Source: Leucoraja ocellata
Taxonomy: Eukaryota
Direction of reading: 5' to 3'
Length of the DNA stretch: 64,000 nucleotides
Assembly (NCBI GenBank): GCA_036785375.1
Contig: JAWMAR010000148.1
Coordinates: 248,001 to 312,000, forward strand
The position numbers were made by a program, and so were the translations under genes. The notes under the pieces were generated by a model that made no database searches, was not told the origin of the DNA, and saw only the letters and a program-made list of their open reading frames with translations. This document shows, piece after piece, positions 55,501-63,657 of the stretch; within the stretch, counting starts at the first letter, position 1; every line of letters starts with the position of its first letter.

Positions 55501-58500
55501 ATTTGGTCTTCAGAAATTTGCAATGGTTGCAATTTTCAGTATTTTATAGAAACATAGAAACATAGAAATTAGGTGCAGGAGTAGGCCATTCGGCCCTTCG
55601 AGCCTGCACCGCCATTTAATATGATCATGGCTGATCATCCAACTCAGTATCCCGTACCTGCCTTTTCTCCATACCCTCTGATCTCCTTGGCCACAAGGGC
55701 CACATCTAACTCCCTCTTAAATATAGACAATGAACTGGCCTCAACTACCCTCTGTGGCAGAGAGTTCCAGAGATTCACCACTCTCTGTGTGAAAAAAGTT
55801 CTCATCTCGGTTTTAAAGGATTTCCCCCTTATCCTTAAGCTGTGACCCCTTGTCCTGGACTTCCCCAACATCGGAAACAATCTTCCTGCATCTAGCCTGT
55901 CCAACCCCTTAAGAATTTTGTAAGTTTCTATAAGATCCCCTCTCAATCTCCTAAACTCTAGAGAGTATAAACCAAGTCTATCCAGTCTTTCTTCATAAGA
56001 CAGTCCTGACATCCCAGGAATCAGTCTGGTGAACCTTCTCTGCACTCCCTCTATGGCAATAATGTCCTTCCTCAGATTTGGAGACCAAAACTGCACGCAA
56101 TACTCCAGGTGTGGTCTCACCAAGACCCTATACAACTGCAGTAACTAGTTTTAATTTACAGTATTAAATTTATGTGGAGATGCAGTTCCAGTTACTCTTG
56201 ACTACTTCAAAAAATAAATTATCTTCTAAGACAACGTGCAATTTAGTTCTTTCTTCAGATATACAAAGAATAATCTTCAAAGAATTGTGTACAAAGGATA
56301 ACTATCTATCTCTACTTGATATCACTTTTTTGCTGAAAATTCACAATAGGAAGGATTCTCAACGACTCTTGTGGTTCTGTTTCCATAGTGATGGAACATT
56401 CCCAACTGATGAAGGCTCGAGCATGGAAGTGACAAGATCAGTTTTTGTTGGTGAAAGCATTAACGTGGGCTACAATGGCGGACAGAACAGATACTGGGGC
56501 AAGGGTGCATATGGAGAGTACAGAACATTGCCAAGAAACAGGTAGCACATATAAAGCAACATTATAAAGTGTATTGCATCAAATTGTTGCAGGAAGCTAC
56601 AGGGCGAGCTAAATTTACGGGTTTTCTTGCTTTCCAGAACATTTCCCATCCGCGGATTCCAGATCTATGATGGTCCAGTCAGGTTGACACAGTGCACATT
56701 TAAGAAATACTTACCTAACCATGAAAGGTACAGTAGTGCACTTGGATTCTTTATGAGGAATCCCTGGCAAATCAGCCCCCAAAATAATATATCTCAAATC
56801 AAGTTGGAGACTAGTGTAAGTTATGATAATTTTACTGTATACTTTACTATATTTTCTCAAACATCAGAAGAAATCATTCCTTGGTAGTGGAGTAAAAATA
56901 GTGACATTTTAGATTGAAAAATAATGTTATTGTGAAAATATTTGGGTACAAGAGTAAAGATTGTTACAATTATGTTGAATTTAGTGAGACCAGGTCTGGA
57001 GTATTTAGTACAATTTGAGCTCCTTACTTGGTAATGGGTTGCTGTAGATAAAGTCCAGCGCATTTCACTCAACTAGTTCCTTGGATGGCAGTTTAGTTTA
57101 TTTAGAGATACTGTGTGGAAACGGGCCTTTCCACTCACTGAGTCCACACAAGACAGCTCTCTCCCCGTTCACTAACACCATCCTATGCACCCAGGAACAA
57201 TTTACAATTCTTATTTGAAGCCAATTAACCTACAAACCTAGTGTCTTTGGGTCTGCCATTTGGGGAGAGATCGAGTAGGTTGGGTCTTGGGGCAAGAGAC
57301 CTGTTTCCCATTGCTCTGAGAATTATATATTTATATATTGGCCTAGAATCATTATTACATATTTTCTTTACTCCACTAATATTTGCATGGAAATAGGCTG
57401 TTTGGGCCAATAAATCTACATTAATTCACCATTAAACCTTCAACTTAATGCTATCATAATGTTCCATTTTTCCCCACATGGAATCTATCTAGTTTTTATT
57501 CAATGCATTTCACCCCTCACCTCGGCATTCATAGCATGGTGAGCAGATACATTTCTTCTGAACTCAATAGTCCTTATTGGACTAATTGGTAATTTACATC
57601 ATGTTTGTACTCTCTCGTTTTGGTATCCAATAAATTGAAACAAAAGGCCAGAAATTCTACTGCTTAGTGCAATGTTTTTACCACTAATCATATTGCTGTG
57701 GTGATAATTATAGTGAAAATACACTTATGAAATGACATGAGCCTTGAACGCTGGAGCAGATTTTTTGCACATTTACAGGAAAGGTCCAGACTGCATCCAC
57801 AACTCCATCACCCCTTGTCCCTCCATCCCATAGCCACATTCAAAGTTTCCAACATTCAATGACATTATTTGGTCGAGAGGTGTCAAGGTTGTACATAATT
57901 GTACTTTGTCCAAGGAACTGATGCATTACAATGCTGAGAACTATGTTCTGCACTCTGTATCTTCCCCATTGCTCTATCTATTGTCCTCAAATTTAAGCTT
58001 ACTTAATCTATGTGTGGTATATCTGATCTGTTTGGATAGTATGCATAATGAAGCATTTCACTGTACCTCAGTACATGTGACAATGATAAACCTAAACCTA
58101 AATTTAGTTTTTCAAGGTGCTTGAGGTTGAGGGAGTCTGCATTTGCAGCTGGTCTTTGGTGGCACAATTGTCAAGGGCTCCTCATATCAGCCCCTTTTGC
58201 TCATCCGTCACTTGAGCATAAATTTATTCTTACTACTAGATTAGTCTTACTGCTAGAAATCCCCAAGCTATGTCAGGAGAATGTGGTTGAAAATTCAAGC
58301 TGCTAGCTGGTCACTGGCAATACAGTACAAAGTTTGTGCAGAAGAGTATATTCTCAGTTTTATTGTGTAAAGGTATTGCATGCGTGTGTGAGGACATTGG
58401 TTCTCCACTGCATTGAATGAAACCAGCAGACATTCACTGCAACCATTGTTTCAATGCGTGTTCCATGTACAGAATGATTTATTAGTTCCTCTGTGAATTT

Positions 58501-61500
58501 TGACCTCCAGAATGGCTTTTCTGTGTGGGGGGAATGACCGAGGACAAGTTTCCTTTTATGTATCTCTCCTAATTTATTTCCTTGCATTTTCCCCATCAGG
58601 CTAATCTTGAGGTATTTTTTGGCACGCCAGGGCAGTGGTTTGGCACCAACAGCCTTGATGGTGACCAGACTTCTATCTTCCATGATTTGGATGGTTCAGT
58701 GACTGGATTTCCTGATACATTTGTGGTCAGGGCTGATAACTACTTGGTCCGTCATCCAGGCTGCCTGAGTGTGCCAAGGTGGAATGGTGTAATCTGCACT
58801 GGCAAGTATGCACAGGTGAATTTTAGTTCCGCTAATAAAATAACTCGCAATTGTAGAATTTAACATATTTTGCCATTCAGAAGTTTTGTTTTACAGCCGG
58901 AATCCGTAATGAATATTCTCCTTTCTTTTCCACAGCTCTATGTTCAAGCATGGCATCCAGAGAACCCATCTCTCCTGATTGCAAAGGATATGTACCCAAA
59001 CCACCCACTGAAGCTGCAGGGTGTAAATCGTAGGGCACCCTATCAGCAGTACCAGCCTGTGGTCATGCTGGAACAAGCCTACACATTATCATGGAATGGC
59101 AGTACGCCTGAGCAGATTGTCCTCTACCCGATCAATTTTAACAGGTAATGTAAAACCATAGTGCTGGGAATGCTCAGCAGGTCAGGCAGTATCTGGAGAG
59201 AGAAATTTAATTAACTATTCAGGTTGAGTCCTATGCTGCTTTTCTTCTTTGTGTTCTGTTCACCCTGTGCTCAACACTCTATAATTTGGTTATGATTTAT
59301 TCACAAACCAAATAAAAAATGCTTTCTGGGCTCTTTGTGGAAAATTGAAACTTGCTCTAATAAAGAAACCATTGGACATGTATAGTGAGTCTCTGCCCTC
59401 TCACCCGTCTTCATCAATCCTGTGGTTGTCGCTGACTGGACCTCCCTCCCTTACGGAATCAAGGGATGTGGGGGGAAAAAGCAGGAACAGGGTACTGATT
59501 CTCGATGATGAGCCATGATCATATTGAATGGCAGTGCTGGCTCGAAGGGCCGTATGGCCTACTCTTGCTCCTATTTTCCATGTTTCTAAACAAGTTGTTT
59601 ATTCTAATAACGTAAAAGAAAATCCTTAGAATTCTCCTCGGGAGTAATTTGATCGACAAAATGTACTAGCATCAGTGTTTTTCCATTGTGGTTTTCAAAT
59701 TTCCAGCTATTGAAGCTTTTTTTTCATGGAATCACAATATTTACAAGAAGGGGAACATTCAACTGTTGAGTCATCGCTGGCTGTGTAAGAATAATCCAGC
59801 TAATCCCATCCCACTGCCCGCTTTCTAATCCTTTCCTTTCAGATACTTATCCAGCTCTCTTTGGCACACCACAATTGAATCTGCTGTCACCAATACCACA
59901 TTGGTGTTTTGCAAACCCTAATTATTTAGTAGTTTGGAAAAGAAAAATAAATTTCCTGGTGTCACTTTTATCTATTTTTTGTCAATTCCTTCATTTTATG
60001 TTCCCGAGTGCTTAACCACTCACCCATTGAGGGAGGTTCACACCAATGATAGACTGTCTGTCCCACTGAGTTACTCCAGCATTTTTTGACTTTCTTCAGT
60101 TTGTACCAGCATCTGCAGTTCCTTCTTTCACAGGTTCACACCAACCTCCATTGAAAGATCAGCTTCTCCAGACTATTCACGTAAACATAAAAACATAGAA
60201 AATAAGGGGGTGTATTGAGAAAATGACCTTCAAAATAGAGTCAGAGAGCAAGGAAGACAAGATGAACCTTTTACAAACAAAATTGTCACAGCCTCTTATA
60301 TTCCATAGCCTTCAAATTATCAAGCCTACTTTGTGGCACTTTAACTTGGCAATTTGGATTTCTGGCTTATGAGAGAGAAGAATTTTTGGAGGGAAAACGA
60401 CAAATGAGGGCTTGTGTTGCCTTAGTAAAGGAACATCATAAGTCTGGAGAAGTTGTATATTGTACTATCGCTATCCAATGAGGTGTCGTTACTGCTTGTT
60501 ATTAGGAAGAAAAAACGCAATTGTTTAACTTGCTCTTGAAACAAATTCAGAGGCACTCTTAGTTTTTTGACAAGTTGCAATACATCCATTTTACTTAACT
60601 AATTCCTTGTTCTTGTCGATATGCACATCAAATGTTAGCCTCCCCCTCGACTCCGTTCAAGGACCCAAGCAGTCGTTCCAGGTGCGACAGAGGTTTACCT
60701 GCATCTCTTCCAACCTCATCTATTGCGTCCGCTGCTCTAGATGCCAGCAGATCTATATCGGTGAGACCAAGCGGAGGTTGGGCGATCGTTTCGCCGAACA
60801 CCTCCGCTCGGTCCGCAATAACCAAGCTGACCTCCCGGTGGCTCAGCACTTCAACTCCCCCTCCCACTCTGCCTCCGACCTCTCTGTCCTGGGTCTCCTC
60901 CATGGCCACAGCGAGCAGCACCGGAAATTGGAGGAACAGCACCTCATATTCCGTTTGGGGACTCTACACCCCCGGGGCATGAACATCGAATTCTCCCAAT
61001 TCTGTTAGTCCTTGCTGTCTCCTCCCCTTCCTCAGCTCCCCTGCTGTCTCCTCCCACCCTCCAGACTTCTGGCTACTCCTCCTTTTCCCTTTCTTGTCCC
61101 CACCCACCCCCACCCCCGATCAGTCTGAAGAAGGGTTTCGGCCCGAAACGTTGCCTATTTCCTTCGCTCCATAGATGCTGCTGCACCCGCTGAGTTTCTC
61201 CAGCTTTTCTGTGTAACCTTCGATTCTCCAGCATCTGCAGTTCCCTCTTAAACACAAATGTTAGGCTCAGTTGGGTTCAAGATCGGGTGCTGCACGATGA
61301 TGCTGTATGCCATCTACAAGTCATAGCTTTCACCTCGAAATCAGAATGCTGTGAATGTTAATCTGGCTGAAGAGATTTTGTTGAATGTCATTAGTTTAGT
61401 TCAGGGATACAGCGTGGAAACAGGCCCTTCGGCCCACTGGGTCTGCGCTGACTAAAGATCGCCTGTGTACTAGTTCTATCCTATACATTAGGGACAATTT

Positions 61501-63601
61501 ACAGAAGCCAATTAACCTCCAAACCTACATATCTTTGTAATATGGGAGAAAACCGGAGCACCCATAGAAAACCCATGCAGTCACGTGCAATCTCTGTACA
61601 AACAGAACCTGTAGTCAGGATTGAACCCGGGCCTCTGGTGCTGTTAGGCAGCAACTCTACCGCTGCGTCACTCTGTCACCCCGATCCTTCAATGACAGTG
61701 CACAATGGAAAGGATGCTGCTTTGTTAGAGATGCTGCAATTCAAAACCAATTGGAAAAACTAAGCCCCTGGTTGAATAATAAAGATCTTGGAGGAGGCTT
61801 GGCAGGCCTGTAAATCTGTCCATTTCATCCATTTTGGGTGGGATTGCAGGGGTGGGTAGTGAGGAATGGTGGTCTGGCTGTCCCCTTGCAAGCCACCCTC
61901 ACCCCTACCCCACCCCTAGCGGCCACTGGGTGCAGATGTTGGTTGGCGTTGAGAGACCGTGACAAAATAGCTGTCAGGAAATTAGAGGTAGCACAGTAAT
62001 CATGGAAGTCTTTAGCCTACGGGTATACTGGACAAATTATACTTACTGTAATATAGCAGAAGATACATTTATGGAATGTATATGGGATGCTCTTCTAAAT
62101 CAATATGTTGAGGAACCAGCAGGGTATGGGCTATTTTGAATCTTGTTTTGTGAAATTAGAGAAGGTTTATTGATCCATTTGTCAAGAGAACATTAGAGAG
62201 AAGGGACCATAATATGAAGGCATTTGAGATTGAACTGTATCACTTTAAACCCAAAGTGAAGTTGATTTCTTAATTTTAAGTAATGAAGGTATAATTGGTG
62301 ATTTGGCTGTGGTTGATTGGAAGAACACGTCACAAACTACGGTCAGAAGAAAATGTTTAAAGAAAAAAATACAGAAGCTGCTGAAACAAATTTCTTAAGT
62401 CATAAAAACCAAGAAGGAAATGTGATTCATCTATGGCAGGCAAGATAAATTAAAGATGGTATTAAGTTCATGTCATAGTAGCAGAATTAGGTCATTCGGC
62501 CCATTGCATCTATTTCACTATTCAATCATAGCTGATCTATCTTTCCCTCTCAACCCCATTCTTTTGCCTTCTCCCCATAACCCTTGATACCCTCACTAAT
62601 CAAGAATCTGTTAATCTCCGCCTTAGAAATACCCAGTAGGTTTGGATTTCTACATTATGGGAGAAAACATTTTGGAGGGAAAATGACACATGAGGGGTTG
62701 TTAATTGGAATGGTGTATAAACAAACCCATAGAATTCTCCTCACGAGTAATTTAACAAACAAAATGTACTATCGTCAGTGTTTTTCCAGTGCGGTTATCA
62801 GATTTCCGGCTCTTGAAGGTTTTTTCATGGAATCACAATGATTACAGAAGGAGAACGTTCATCTGTTGAGTCATTGCTGGCTCAATGCCAGAATAATCCA
62901 CCATTTGTGGAAAGAGAAACAGATTTAACGTTTCAGGTCATGCACCCTTCAGCAGAACTGGGTATAAGAAGCACAATGAGTAATTTTAAGTATCAGAGAA
63001 GTGACAGGTGGAAGGGAGAGAGCAAAAGAGAATATCAATGAAACCAGGTCAAATGGGGCAGATATAGGGTAAATATGCTTAACTGCTAATGTTATTTGTT
63101 ATTTATAGTAGAGTCATAAAGCTGTGATGAACAATATAACTATCTTTGATGTTGGAGTCAACAGCAAACTATGTGCAGTCTCATTATCAGCCCACACGTC
63201 AATGCTTCCTGCGTTTCTAAGTTTGTCCCACTTGCTATTATGATATGTGGTCGATTCCTTTATTATTTAATCCACATTTGGTGCTCAGTATCCACAATAA
63301 TTGTTCTTGAGATATTAATTTTCTTGAGATATTAACATGAGCAACATAAACAGTCCAAGGACTTTGTTAACCCAACACCACCAAAGTCCCAATTATGCTG
63401 GACTATCAAAGTTTCACTGCAGATTGGTTTGCCCGAATATAAATTCATAAGTCATAGGAGCATAATTAGGCCATTCAGCCCATCGAGTCTACTCCGTCAT
63501 TCAATCATGGCCTTCTCCCCATGACATGATAACTGTGCATTAGGAATGGATGACACTGCATTGCTCAACTGGGATTGTTCCCATCTTTACTCTCCACTCC
63601 C

Positions 63602-63657
<56 letters not shown>

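Noticed and set aside
60607-61008. Domesticated GIY-YIG nuclease gene
   Set aside because: 5'-truncated Penelope fragment with TSD and UTR; no RT domain or credible start.
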